The notes below the pieces were generated by a model. The model was given only the letters and a program-made list of their open reading frames with translations, was not told where the DNA came from and did not search any database. A stretch of DNA of 64,000 nucleotides from Candidatus Uhrbacteria bacterium (GTDB taxonomy: Bacteria; Patescibacteriota; Patescibacteriia; UBA9934; GWF2-40-263), in NCBI GenBank assembly GCA_016205975.1, contig JACQSK010000007.1, positions 5,328 to 69,327 of the forward strand, given 5' to 3'. A program made the translations under genes and the position numbers. How positions within the stretch are numbered: position 1 is the stretch's first letter; the number at the start of each line of letters is the position of its first letter. Below, in pieces: positions 27,425 to 37,086 of the stretch.

Positions 27425-29005
27425 ATGTCCGATGCCATAAAAAAACCGACGCTGCTGGTCGTGCTGGACGGATTCGGCGTGGCGCCGGACTCAGACGGGA
27501 ACGCGATTACCAGGGCCAAGACGCCTACCTTCGACCGTCTCATCCGCGCCTATCCCACCATGACCCTGCGCGCCTCGGGCGAGGAAGTCGGGCTCTCTTG
27601 GGGAGAGATGGGGAACTCAGAGGTCGGCCACTTGGCGATCGGCGCTGGTCGCGTGTATTACCAGACGCTGCCGCGCATCAACCGCGCCATAGACGCCGGA
27701 ACGTTTTTGATGAACGCGGCATTTCTGCACGCGATCGAGCACGCGAAGGCGCACAAGAGCCGACTACATCTGGTGGGCCTGGTAAGCCAAGGGCGCGTGC
27801 ATTCACTGGACGCCCATGCCCATGTGCTGCTCGCGCTCGCCAAAAAGAAAGGCGTGAAGGACGTGTTCGTGCAGGCGATTCTGGACGGCCGCGACACGCT
27901 TCCCAGCGTGGCGGTGGATTTTATCGGGACGCTGCAGGAGAAAATGAAAGAGCTTGGCGTGGGCAAGATCGCCTCGCTTTCAGGTCGTTTCTTTGCCATG
28001 GATCGCGATAACCGATGGGACCGGATCGAGAAAGCGTACAACGCGATGGTGCTTGGCGCGGGCGCGCAAGCAGAGAATCCTCTCTCTGCCATCAAAGCCT
28101 CGTATCAAAAAGAAGTGTACGACGAAGAGTTTGAACCAACCGTGATCGTCGAGCAGGGAGCACCCGTGGGGCTCATACAGGAGAATGATGCTGTGATTTT
28201 TTTTAACTACCGTCCCGACCGTATGCGCGAGCTGACGCGCGCGTTCTCTTTGCCGAGTTTTGAAGCCTTTGCGCGCAAGCGCGTCGAGAATCTGTTTGCC
28301 GTAACGATGACCGAGTATGAGGCCGGCCTTCCCGTGGAGGTCGCGTTTCCGCCTGAGGCCATTGAGCAGACGCTCGCTGAGGTTATCTCGCGCGCCGGTC
28401 TCAAGCAGCTCCACATCGCCGAGACCGAGAAGTACGCGCATGTCACGTTCTTCTTGAACGGTACCAAAGAGGAACCGTTCCCTGGCGAGACGCGCATCAT
28501 CATCCCTTCTCCCCAGGTCGCGAGCTATGACGAAGCACCCGAGATGAGCGCCCGCGCGATCACAGAGCGCGTCATCAAAGAGATGCGGGAGAACTCGTTT
28601 GATTTCATCGTCATCAATTTTGCCAACCCGGACATGGTGGCGCATACGGGGAACATGGAGGCAAGCGTGAAGAGCGTGGAGGTCGTGGATGAATGTCTTG
28701 GACGCCTGGTGGAGGAGACGCTCGCGCGCGATGGCGTCTTGTGCCTTACGGCCGATCACGGCAACGCCGAGGAGATGAAAAACTTGCGCACCGGAGAGAT
28801 GGACAAGGAACACGCGACCAACCCTGTGCCGTTTGTGATCGTGAGTCAACGCCTCGAAGGCCAGCCGTCTGTGGCCGGGGAAGTGCCCGAAGGGGATCTC
28901 TCGCTCCTGTCGCCGGTGGGGATTCTGGCGGACGTGGCACCGACCGTGCTGGCGCTCATGGGGATAACTGAGCCGCCGGAGATGACGGGACAACCACTGT
29001 TATAG
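27425..29005 (+). CDS. gpmI: 2,3-BPG-independent phosphoglycerate mutase
   Basis: LDGFG, MGNSEVGH, AETEKYAHVTFF, NPDMVAH, TADHGNAE. Confidence 0.96.
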   Translation: MSDAIKKPTLLVVLDGFGVAPDSDGNAITRAKTPTFDRLIRAYPTMTLRASGEEVGLSWGEMGNSEVGHLAIGAGRVYYQTLPRINRAIDAGTFLMNAAFLHAIEHAKAHKSRLHLVGLVSQGRVHSLDAHAHVLLALAKKKGVKDVFVQAILDGRDTLPSVAVDFIGTLQEKMKELGVGKIASLSGRFFAMDRDNRWDRIEKAYNAMVLGAGAQAENPLSAIKASYQKEVYDEEFEPTVIVEQGAPVGLIQENDAVIFFNYRPDRMRELTRAFSLPSFEAFARKRVENLFAVTMTEYEAGLPVEVAFPPEAIEQTLAEVISRAGLKQLHIAETEKYAHVTFFLNGTKEEPFPGETRIIIPSPQVASYDEAPEMSARAITERVIKEMRENSFDFIVINFANPDMVAHTGNMEASVKSVEVVDECLGRLVEETLARDGVLCLTADHGNAEEMKNLRTGEMDKEHATNPVPFVIVSQRLEGQPSVAGEVPEGDLSLLSPVGILADVAPTVLALMGITEPPEMTGQPLL

Positions 29006-29028
29006 GTCTTATTGGTCCTCTACGACCT

Positions 29029-29730
29029 ATGCGCATTGTTACCGTCTTGAAAAAATTAAGCAGGCGCTGGAAAAATCCCGGCGCCATGGAAGTGGGAAAC
29101 CCGTATCAGAATCTGGTTGCGGTGATGCTGTCTGCGCGCACGCGCGACGAGCAGGTGCTTCGATTGCTGCCAGCATTTTGGAGGGCATTCCCAACGCCAC
29201 GCGCCTTGTCGCGGGCGGCGACCAAACAGATTGAATCGAGAATCAACACGATCGGAATGTATCGACAGAAGGCGAAGAACCTGAAACGGATGGCGACGGA
29301 AGTCGTGGAAAAGTTTCATGGGGAGATCCCATCGACCATGGACGAGCTCGTCTCTCTTGTGGGCGTTGGGAGGAAGACCGCGAGCGTTGTGCTCGTCGCG
29401 AGCTTCGACACGCCAGCCATTGCCGTGGACACCCATGTACATCGCATGACAAATCGATTAGGCTGGGTGAAGACGACGACGCCGAAGCAGACGGAAGCCG
29501 CGCTCCTGAAACTCGTGCCGCGAGCTTGGTACAAAACGGTGAATCGCGTGTTCGTTAAGCACGGACGTTACATCTGTATCGGATCTCCGCGCTGCTGGGC
29601 GTGTCCGGTGCGGGAGCGGTGCACGTTTAAACAAAAAAACCTAACGGCTCCGAAGAATGCTCAAGAGATTCTCGCGGACATCGAGCGCCGAGAAAGAAAT
29701 CTTGAACGGCTCAGGGAGCAAGCGGTTTAA
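29029..29730 (+). CDS. nth: Endonuclease III
   Basis: HhH LVGVGRKTA, VDTHV, C...PRC..CP....C Fe-S motif. Confidence 0.92.
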   Translation: MRIVTVLKKLSRRWKNPGAMEVGNPYQNLVAVMLSARTRDEQVLRLLPAFWRAFPTPRALSRAATKQIESRINTIGMYRQKAKNLKRMATEVVEKFHGEIPSTMDELVSLVGVGRKTASVVLVASFDTPAIAVDTHVHRMTNRLGWVKTTTPKQTEAALLKLVPRAWYKTVNRVFVKHGRYICIGSPRCWACPVRERCTFKQKNLTAPKNAQEILADIERRERNLERLREQAV

Positions 29731-29732
29731 CT

Positions 29733-30287
29733 ATGTTCATTGATCAACATTGGAGCGCGCGCGTGCATCAGATGACCAAACCGTCGTGGCTCTTGCGGCC
29801 CGTCGCGATTTTTTGCGCGACGTCGCTTTTGTTCATCATGATGACGGCTCTCTTGTTTGCCTGTTCTCCTGTCGATTGCGACGTGAACCTGTGGGAGCGC
29901 GTATGGGGTTCGGCCATCACTCTGGGTGTGCCGCTGTTCATGACATGGCTTGTGACCTTCGGCTTGCAAAAGCTGGTCAAGCGCGAAAGACCGTTTGAAA
30001 ACGGACGAGGCGCGCCGCTGATCCAAATGGTATGGATAGAACCATCGTTTCCCTCCGCACACGCGGCCCTCGCGTTTGCTACCGCCGCCGTCGGTCTGTT
30101 TCGTTACGCTGACGTATTCGGTCCTTGGCTTTTTGTGGCGGCGGCGCTGGTCGCGCTCAGCCGCGTGGCCGTGGGAGTCCATTATCTCTCTGACGTTGTT
30201 GTCGGCGCCATGGTGGGTCTGGTCGTTGGTAGCACAACGTGGTACGGGCTCATGTGGCTTTTCTTTATGTCGCCGTGGTTTCACTAG
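29733..30287 (+). CDS. PAP2-family phosphatase
   Basis: K..VKRERP, SFPSAH, SRVAVGVHYLSD. Confidence 0.9.
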   Translation: MFIDQHWSARVHQMTKPSWLLRPVAIFCATSLLFIMMTALLFACSPVDCDVNLWERVWGSAITLGVPLFMTWLVTFGLQKLVKRERPFENGRGAPLIQMVWIEPSFPSAHAALAFATAAVGLFRYADVFGPWLFVAAALVALSRVAVGVHYLSDVVVGAMVGLVVGSTTWYGLMWLFFMSPWFH

Positions 30288-30290
30288 AGT

Positions 30291-30776
30291 ATGACGAAAA
30301 AAATCGTGTGCGTTTCAGGAGGCTTCGATCCGATCCATGTGGGTCATGTACGGATGATCCTCGAAGCCAAAAAACTCGGGGATGAGCTTGTGGTGATTTT
30401 GAATAACGATAACTGGCTGAAAAAAAAGAAGGGGCACGCGTTTATGCCCGAGGAGCAGCGGCGTGAAATTATTGAGGCGATCAAAGGAGTCGATCGCGTC
30501 GTCCTCACTCAGCACGCTCCCGATGACAACGATCGAAGCGTCTGCGAGTCCCTGCGTGAAATTCACCCTGACATTTTTGTCAATGGCGGCGATCGTTTTT
30601 CCGACAACATCCCCGAAGCTATCCTCTGCCGCGAGCTTGGCATTGAAACGGTGTTCAACGTGGGTGTCGGCGGCAAAATGCAATCCAGCTCATGGCTCAC
30701 TGCACAAGACCGCGACGATCGCGCGTGTTTCTGCGCGTCCGGAAAAAAATATATGGAATGCTGCTATCGGAAATAA
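30291..30776 (+). CDS. Cytidylyltransferase-like protein with a C-terminal SEC-C motif
   Basis: SGGFDPIHVGH (HxGH), NGGDR, KMQSSS; tail CFCASGKKYMECC. Confidence 0.88.
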   Translation: MTKKIVCVSGGFDPIHVGHVRMILEAKKLGDELVVILNNDNWLKKKKGHAFMPEEQRREIIEAIKGVDRVVLTQHAPDDNDRSVCESLREIHPDIFVNGGDRFSDNIPEAILCRELGIETVFNVGVGGKMQSSSWLTAQDRDDRACFCASGKKYMECCYRK

Positions 30777-30834
30777 AGATTTTTTGGTCAGTGTATCGTG
30801 GAGAAGATGAGAGGTGTCAGACGCTTATACATGA

Positions 30835-31872
30835 ATGGAAACTATGCTTCGAACCTTCGGCATTTTTTTGGGGCTCGTAATCGTGCTTTTTGTGGTGCTC
30901 GCAGGAGGATTTGTGTTCGACGCGTTCCTCGTGGATCCACAAGCGAATGCCGAGTCGGTGATCTTTGAGGTCGAGCGTGGGGACTCGGTGAGTGACATCG
31001 CCCTGGGTCTCAATGAGGCGGGCATTATCACCAGTGAACTGTTTTTCAAAATCTATGTGAAGCTCACCGGCAACGCCAGCCATCTTCAGGCAGGCTCCTT
31101 TGAGCTGACGCCGGGAATGAACTTCCGCTCTTTGGTCGCCGAGCTGATTGACGCGCAGGCGCAAGAAGTTGAAGTCACGATCCCCGAAGGCTACACGATC
31201 GAACAAATCGGCGAGGCAGTGATGAAGGCGCTTCCGGGCATCTCGGAGGAAGATTGGGAGGACGCCACTGGCACGAATGGAAAGTCGATGATCGAGGAGG
31301 GTGAGCTCCTTTCAGGGATTCCTGACGATCAGGGAATGGAAGGCTATCTGTTTCCAGACACGTATCGTTTTCGCGTGGATGCGTCCGCACGAACGGTTGC
31401 AGAGACTATGGTCTTGACGCTCAAGCGTCGGTTGGCAGAACAGGGGATCGGCGTCCCAGAGAACCTTCGGTTTGCAAATGGCCTGACGTTCCACGAACTC
31501 CTCACACTCGCCTCGATCGTTGAGCGCGAGGTGCGCTCACCAGAGGACATGAAGCGCGTGGCCGGCATCTTCTTCACACGTCTCAAGATCGGCATGGCGC
31601 TGCAAGCAGACTCCACCGTCAACTATCTCACGGGCAAGCAGGACGCCTCCGTGACTCTGGAGGACAGCCGGATCAACTCGCCCTACAACACGTATCGCGT
31701 TCTTGGTTTGCCGCCAGGCCCTATTTCCAACCCCGGCATGAATGCCCTCACCGCCGTGCTTGAACCCCTCGACTCCGACGACTTGTACTTCTTGACGACG
31801 CCCGAGGGTGAGGTGATTTACGCCAGGTCATTCGATGAGCATGTGGCGAACAAGTATCAGTATTTGAAGTGA
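30835..31872 (+). CDS. mltG: Endolytic transglycosylase MltG
   Basis: TIPEG, EGYLFPDTY, LASIVERE, SPYNTY, GLPPGPISNPG. Confidence 0.95.
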   Translation: METMLRTFGIFLGLVIVLFVVLAGGFVFDAFLVDPQANAESVIFEVERGDSVSDIALGLNEAGIITSELFFKIYVKLTGNASHLQAGSFELTPGMNFRSLVAELIDAQAQEVEVTIPEGYTIEQIGEAVMKALPGISEEDWEDATGTNGKSMIEEGELLSGIPDDQGMEGYLFPDTYRFRVDASARTVAETMVLTLKRRLAEQGIGVPENLRFANGLTFHELLTLASIVEREVRSPEDMKRVAGIFFTRLKIGMALQADSTVNYLTGKQDASVTLEDSRINSPYNTYRVLGLPPGPISNPGMNALTAVLEPLDSDDLYFLTTPEGEVIYARSFDEHVANKYQYLK

Positions 31873-31945
31873 CATATTTGAAGTGAGGATTGACGGAAAC
31901 GAATCTTTGCGGTAGCCTCGCCTGAGCGATGAAAGGAGGAACCCA

Positions 31946-33232
31946 GTGGCTCCATTTCAGTTTTGTTGGCCGGATCCGTGGAAGCCGGTCATGGTTGCGC
32001 GGGATTTCACGCTCCTGAGAGACAGGGAAGGCCCGCTTGCGGTGGAAGGTATGCGGCTCATCGAACTCATTGCCGGATGCCTGTACGAGATTCCCCCGCA
32101 GAGGGCAGGGGCAGGACTCGAGCAGATCAAGGAATTGCGCGCAGGCAAAATCCTCTCGCGCAACCTCAAGGTATCCAAGCGGATGAACGGGGGAACGCTG
32201 GAGGAGGAAGGCCAGCAGTGCTTCATCTCCTACGACGGCGTGTACAAGGCGCGTCGGGGGCTTGGGCGCGCGGATCGCCGCGGCCAGGGCAGCGAGATTC
32301 CGGATCTTCAGCGATGGGACGGAACTTTCGAAACCCTGATGAGGACATCCTGGGAGCTGCGTCGTTCCGGGGAGGACGAGCGGGCGCAGTTCGTCCTGGT
32401 CGCCGTCCAGTCTGCCCAGGCGCACGAGCGCGTCTTGGACGAGGATAAACGTCGGGCGCTCAGCCGTACGCTCCAGACGGTTTCTTTGAAAGACCGTCCC
32501 GAGTGTATCCCGCTGGTGTGCTTTGCCGGCCACAATCGTCTGATCGCGCGCATCCAAGCCGTGCGCGGCATCGGCCGGCGCATGAGCCTGCGTGAGCTCG
32601 TGCTTGAACACACGATTGATCGCCTGCGCGAGATTTGCCGCGAGGTGAGCATCTCTCAGGAGTACCGGCTGCGCAAGCCGTGGATGGCTCCTGGCCCCAA
32701 GCGCACGCCGAGACTTGTGCGCCAGGAGGCCGAGCGGTTGGAAGATGCCGCGCGGCGCCTGCGCCTCATCGGTCTGCGGCCGCTCAATCGGTCATTCGTC
32801 CGAGCGGCGAACGATCTGGCCGAGGCGGCTCGGCTTCTGCGCGAAGCGGCGGCAGGTCGCAACGGCGACACGATCGATTGCGCGCGCGAAGTCATCGGCC
32901 GCGTGTACCGATCCATGCGCCAGCTCGAGTGCCATTGGCAGCTGGAGGAGATCTTGTCCCTGTTGGCCAGCTTGCGGGACCGCGGGGAGACGCTGTCGCC
33001 TTCCCAGCAGCTGGCTTGGCACGAGGAGCTGCGTCTCGTGCATCGGCGTCTGACCACGGTGGATCGACTCACGGGCAAGCGGCTGGAAGACGGTTTTGTC
33101 CATCCCGTGCTCCACCGCGTGGTGCCCCATGTCCACTTGGCCGACGTCCACCTGATGCGCTCGTTGCGCGACGGCGGGCCGAATCTGGAAAAAGTGTACG
33201 AAGAACTGCGGACCGCTTGCGAGCCGCTATGA
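31946..33232 (+). CDS. Hypothetical Arg-rich helical protein (accessory)
   Basis: 428-aa ORF, AGGAGG SD, own TTGACG-17-TAGCCT promoter (31890-31918). Confidence 0.7.
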   Translation: MAPFQFCWPDPWKPVMVARDFTLLRDREGPLAVEGMRLIELIAGCLYEIPPQRAGAGLEQIKELRAGKILSRNLKVSKRMNGGTLEEEGQQCFISYDGVYKARRGLGRADRRGQGSEIPDLQRWDGTFETLMRTSWELRRSGEDERAQFVLVAVQSAQAHERVLDEDKRRALSRTLQTVSLKDRPECIPLVCFAGHNRLIARIQAVRGIGRRMSLRELVLEHTIDRLREICREVSISQEYRLRKPWMAPGPKRTPRLVRQEAERLEDAARRLRLIGLRPLNRSFVRAANDLAEAARLLREAAAGRNGDTIDCAREVIGRVYRSMRQLECHWQLEEILSLLASLRDRGETLSPSQQLAWHEELRLVHRRLTTVDRLTGKRLEDGFVHPVLHRVVPHVHLADVHLMRSLRDGGPNLEKVYEELRTACEPL

Positions 33233-33284
33233 ACGCACCGACCTTTTACGGGTCGGTTTTCTGATATGTTAGAATGTCCTGGCT

Positions 33285-35366
33285 ATGAAAGAGTTTGTGC
33301 TTCAGGACGAGGGAAATCAGAACCGTCTCAAGATCAACTATCAGGAGGAATTGAATCCTGAGCAGCTCGACGTCGTGCTTCATGGCGACGGCCCGTGTTT
33401 GGTGTTGGCGGGCGCCGGTTCGGGGAAGACCAGGACGATCACGTATCGTGTGGCCTATTTGCTTGAGCGCGGCGTGGCGCCTGGGGCTATTTTGCTGGTG
33501 ACCTTCACGAACAAGGCGTCCAAAGAAATGCTCGCGCGGGTAGAGAGTTTGCTGGGGAGTTACCCAACAGGTCTGTGGGGTGGAACGTTTCACTCGGTTG
33601 CCAATCGTCTGCTCAGGATCTATGCGTCTGAGATTGGCTACACAAAAAATTTTACGATTCTGGACGAGGAGGACGCCAAGGCGCTCGTCAAGGCGTGCGT
33701 GCAGACGCTCGACATCGACACAAGCGCCCGTCGCTTTCCGTCCCCGGGCGTTGTGCACGCGATGGCGAGCTACGCCAGAAACTCAGGACAGACCCTGCGA
33801 GCCGTTGTGGAAAACAAGTATCAAAACTTTTACGAGTTGATTTCAACGATCGAGCGCGTCGTGGACCTGTATGAGGCCCGCAAGAAAGACGCGGACTCGA
33901 TGGACTTTGATGATCTTCTCCTGAAGCTGCGCGAGCTTCTTTTCACGCGGGATGACATCCGACGACGTCTGGCGGCGCAGTTCCGGTATGTGCTCGTGGA
34001 CGAGTATCAGGATACCAATGTTGTTCAGTCAGAAATCGTGAGGCAGCTTTCAAGCGAGCATGGCCATGTGCTGGTGGTGGGTGACGATGCGCAGTCGATC
34101 TATTCGTTCCGCGCGGCGCAGATTCGAAACATCCTCGGGTTTCCAGAAACGCATCCGGGCACGAAGACGTTTCGGCTTACGACGAACTACCGTTCCACGC
34201 CGGAGATTTTGGCCGTGGCCAACGCCACCATCCAAAAGAATCAGGAACAGTTTGAAAAGAATCTTTCGTCCGTACGCGGATCGGCTGAGCGGCCCAATCT
34301 TGTGCCGGCACAGAGCAGCGCACAGGAGGCGCAATTCATCGCGCAGCGCGTCTTAGCGCTCAGGTCAGAAGGGACGCCCTTGTCTGAGATGGCCGTTCTG
34401 TTTCGAGCAGCTTTCCATTCCCAGACGCTCGAGTTCGAGCTCATGAAGCGCGACATTCCCTATGAGTATCGCGGCGGCATGAAATTTTTTGAACGCGCGC
34501 ACGTGAAAGATGTGATTGCGCACTTGCGTCTGCGTCTCAATACGCACGACGAGGTGGCATGGATGCGCGTGCTCTCCCTCATGAACGGGATCGGTCTTGC
34601 CACGGCCCAGAGGATCGTGTCCCAGATTCGTGATGCCTCGTCTCTGGACGAGGTGTTGACGCGCTCACTCGCGATTCCGTCCCGTGCACAGGCGAGTTGG
34701 GGGACGCTCTGTAAGTTGCTCTTGAAGCTGAGCCGCGAGGACCTGCCCAGCGATTTGATTCGCATGGTGACAGGCGGGGACTATCAGGATTATCTGCGCG
34801 CCGAGTATCCGGACTTCATGGATCGCCTGGAGGATCTGGAACAGTTTGCCATTTTTGCGGAAGGATATGCGGACCTACGGTCGCTCCTTGATGAGGTGTC
34901 CTTGAGCGCCGACTTTGGTTCCGTGCGTGAGCAGGGTTCGTCTGAGGATGAGGAGAAGATTGTTCTCTCCACCATTCATCAGGCCAAGGGGCTTGAGTGG
35001 GACGCGGTGTTTGTGATGCACCTGTGCAACGACAAGTTTCCCAATCCGCGCGCGCTCACAGAGGCCGGGGGACTTGAGGAAGAGCGGCGCCTGTTTTACG
35101 TGGCGACCACGCGCGCAAGGAAGCACTTGTTTTTCACGTACCCCATCACCAGCGGCTATGATACGATGATGCTCAGCCAACCGTCGCTGTTTCTTGAAGA
35201 GCTGCCAGGCGGCCTGCTCGAAGAAGTGAGGCTGAAACGTTCTTTCATGGCAGGAGCCGCGCTGGAAAATAGCGACGCGACGATCGTGCTGGACGCACTC
35301 GGTGAGCGGACGCCGAGCAAGGACGTGAGCAAGATGAGTTTTTTAAGAGGAGTCGATGAGTTATGA
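33285..35366 (+). CDS. UvrD/PcrA-family DNA helicase
   Basis: AGAGSGKT, VDEYQD, GDDAQSIY, NYRS, STIHQAKGLEW, EEERRLFYVA. Confidence 0.94.
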   Translation: MKEFVLQDEGNQNRLKINYQEELNPEQLDVVLHGDGPCLVLAGAGSGKTRTITYRVAYLLERGVAPGAILLVTFTNKASKEMLARVESLLGSYPTGLWGGTFHSVANRLLRIYASEIGYTKNFTILDEEDAKALVKACVQTLDIDTSARRFPSPGVVHAMASYARNSGQTLRAVVENKYQNFYELISTIERVVDLYEARKKDADSMDFDDLLLKLRELLFTRDDIRRRLAAQFRYVLVDEYQDTNVVQSEIVRQLSSEHGHVLVVGDDAQSIYSFRAAQIRNILGFPETHPGTKTFRLTTNYRSTPEILAVANATIQKNQEQFEKNLSSVRGSAERPNLVPAQSSAQEAQFIAQRVLALRSEGTPLSEMAVLFRAAFHSQTLEFELMKRDIPYEYRGGMKFFERAHVKDVIAHLRLRLNTHDEVAWMRVLSLMNGIGLATAQRIVSQIRDASSLDEVLTRSLAIPSRAQASWGTLCKLLLKLSREDLPSDLIRMVTGGDYQDYLRAEYPDFMDRLEDLEQFAIFAEGYADLRSLLDEVSLSADFGSVREQGSSEDEEKIVLSTIHQAKGLEWDAVFVMHLCNDKFPNPRALTEAGGLEEERRLFYVATTRARKHLFFTYPITSGYDTMMLSQPSLFLEELPGGLLEEVRLKRSFMAGAALENSDATIVLDALGERTPSKDVSKMSFLRGVDEL

Positions 35367-36505
35367 ACTACAACGAACGCTCACTTGAGTTGCACAAACA
35401 AAAAAGGGGAAAGCTGGTTATTCAGTCGAGCTTTCCGCTTGAGACGCGGGAGGATTTATCTGTGGCCTATACGCCAGGAGTTGCGCAGCCGTGTTTGGAA
35501 ATTGCCAAGGACAAGAATCTTGCGTGGGAGCTGACGATCAAGGGTCACTCGGTGGCGGTGGTATCAGATGGGTCGGCGGTGCTGGGGCTCGGAAACATTG
35601 GGCCCGAGGCTGGCTTGCCGGTCATGGAGGGTAAGGCGATTTTGTTTAAGCACTTTGCCGGGATCGATGCGTATCCGATTTGTTTGGACGTGCATGACGT
35701 GGACGGAATCGTGGCGGCGGTGAAGGCGATCGCGCCAGGGTTTGGGGGAATCAACTTGGAAGATATTGCCGCGCCGGTCTGTTTTGAAGTGGAGCGACGG
35801 CTTGTGGAAGAGCTCGACATTCCCGTGATGCATGACGATCAGCATGGCACGGCCGTGGTGGTGCTCGCGGGACTATTGAACGCGCTCAAGGTCGTCGGAA
35901 AGAAACTCGAGGACGTGTCGGTTGTCATCTCGGGCGCCGGCGCCGGTGGCATGGGGATTACGCACTTACTTTTTGAGGCAGGACTGACAAAGCTCGCCAT
36001 GTTGGATTCAAAAGGCCTCATTGCTCCTGGGCGCGAGGGGATGAACACATACAAAGAAACGCTCGCGGCGCGCATCAATCCGGAAGGACGCACAGGCCGT
36101 CTCGCGGAGGCGCTCGTGGGAGCGGATGTCTTTATCGGTGTGAGTCAGCCAGGACTCGTGAACGCGGACATGGTACGCAGCATGACGGACAAGGCGATCG
36201 TGTTTGCGATGGCTAATCCCGTTCCGGAGGTCATGCCTGACGAAGCACGTGCAGGCAGAGCCGCCGTTGTTGCCACAGGACGGTCAGATTATCCAAATCA
36301 GGTGAACAACGTGCTGGCTTTCCCCGGGATTTTTAAGGGAGCTCTCGATGGAAAACTCCGTCGCATCACACCAGCGATGCTCGTCGCCGCCGCGCACGCG
36401 CTCGCGAAGCTCGTGCCAGAACCGACCAGCGAGAAAATCATGCCGTCGCCGTTTGAGCCTGGACTGGCGGACGTGGTGGCAGAGGCGGTGAAGCGCGTTG
36501 CGTAG
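35363..36505 (+). CDS. NAD(P)-dependent malic enzyme
   Basis: AYTPGVA, GLPVMEGK, INLEDI, HDDQHGTA, NQVNNVLAFPG. Confidence 0.94.
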   Translation: MNYNERSLELHKQKRGKLVIQSSFPLETREDLSVAYTPGVAQPCLEIAKDKNLAWELTIKGHSVAVVSDGSAVLGLGNIGPEAGLPVMEGKAILFKHFAGIDAYPICLDVHDVDGIVAAVKAIAPGFGGINLEDIAAPVCFEVERRLVEELDIPVMHDDQHGTAVVVLAGLLNALKVVGKKLEDVSVVISGAGAGGMGITHLLFEAGLTKLAMLDSKGLIAPGREGMNTYKETLAARINPEGRTGRLAEALVGADVFIGVSQPGLVNADMVRSMTDKAIVFAMANPVPEVMPDEARAGRAAVVATGRSDYPNQVNNVLAFPGIFKGALDGKLRRITPAMLVAAAHALAKLVPEPTSEKIMPSPFEPGLADVVAEAVKRVA

Positions 36506-36506
36506 T

Positions 36507-37061
36507 ATGCTCCAGGATCGAAACAATCGTGTTCGCCGATGGGGATCGACCTCCGTGACTGCCATCGTAGTTCTTGTCTTGTTTATTTTGTTTATTTTTG
36601 CCGTGCGGTGGTTTCGATCTGAGCCTGTCGTGGAAGAGTCGGTTGTCTCCTCGATTGCGAATGTCCTCAAGCCTGATCCCATCTCGCAAGCCGTGATCGA
36701 CGGGGCGATTGACACAAAAAGCCGCGAGGCGACGCTCAACTGGGTGGCGACCGGTGAACGTGTAGGCGCGGCAACGCGTGGTGAGAAAGATGATCGGTAC
36801 TATTTTGAGATGAGAGCATCTCTTTCCGAGATCGATCGAGAAGTCTCGTACTACCAGGTCTGGCTTTTGAGCCTGTTGCCGTACGACTTCTTTTCGCTTG
36901 GCGAGATGGTGACGGATGAAGAAGGATATTTCGTGCTTGAGTGGGAAGCGCCCAACGATGAAGATTACTCGAGCTACACGCAGGTGATTGTCACCGTGAA
37001 TCAGTATGAGGGGAGTTCAGATCCAGGGACGCACTTAGTTGAAGGTGAGTTTGGAAATTAA
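36507..37061 (+). CDS. Hypothetical membrane-anchored protein
   Basis: N-terminal TM helix, acidic beta-rich domain. Confidence 0.7.
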   Translation: MLQDRNNRVRRWGSTSVTAIVVLVLFILFIFAVRWFRSEPVVEESVVSSIANVLKPDPISQAVIDGAIDTKSREATLNWVATGERVGAATRGEKDDRYYFEMRASLSEIDREVSYYQVWLLSLLPYDFFSLGEMVTDEEGYFVLEWEAPNDEDYSSYTQVIVTVNQYEGSSDPGTHLVEGEFGN

Positions 37062-37086
37062 ATACAGAAGACGGTTGTTTGTTCGC

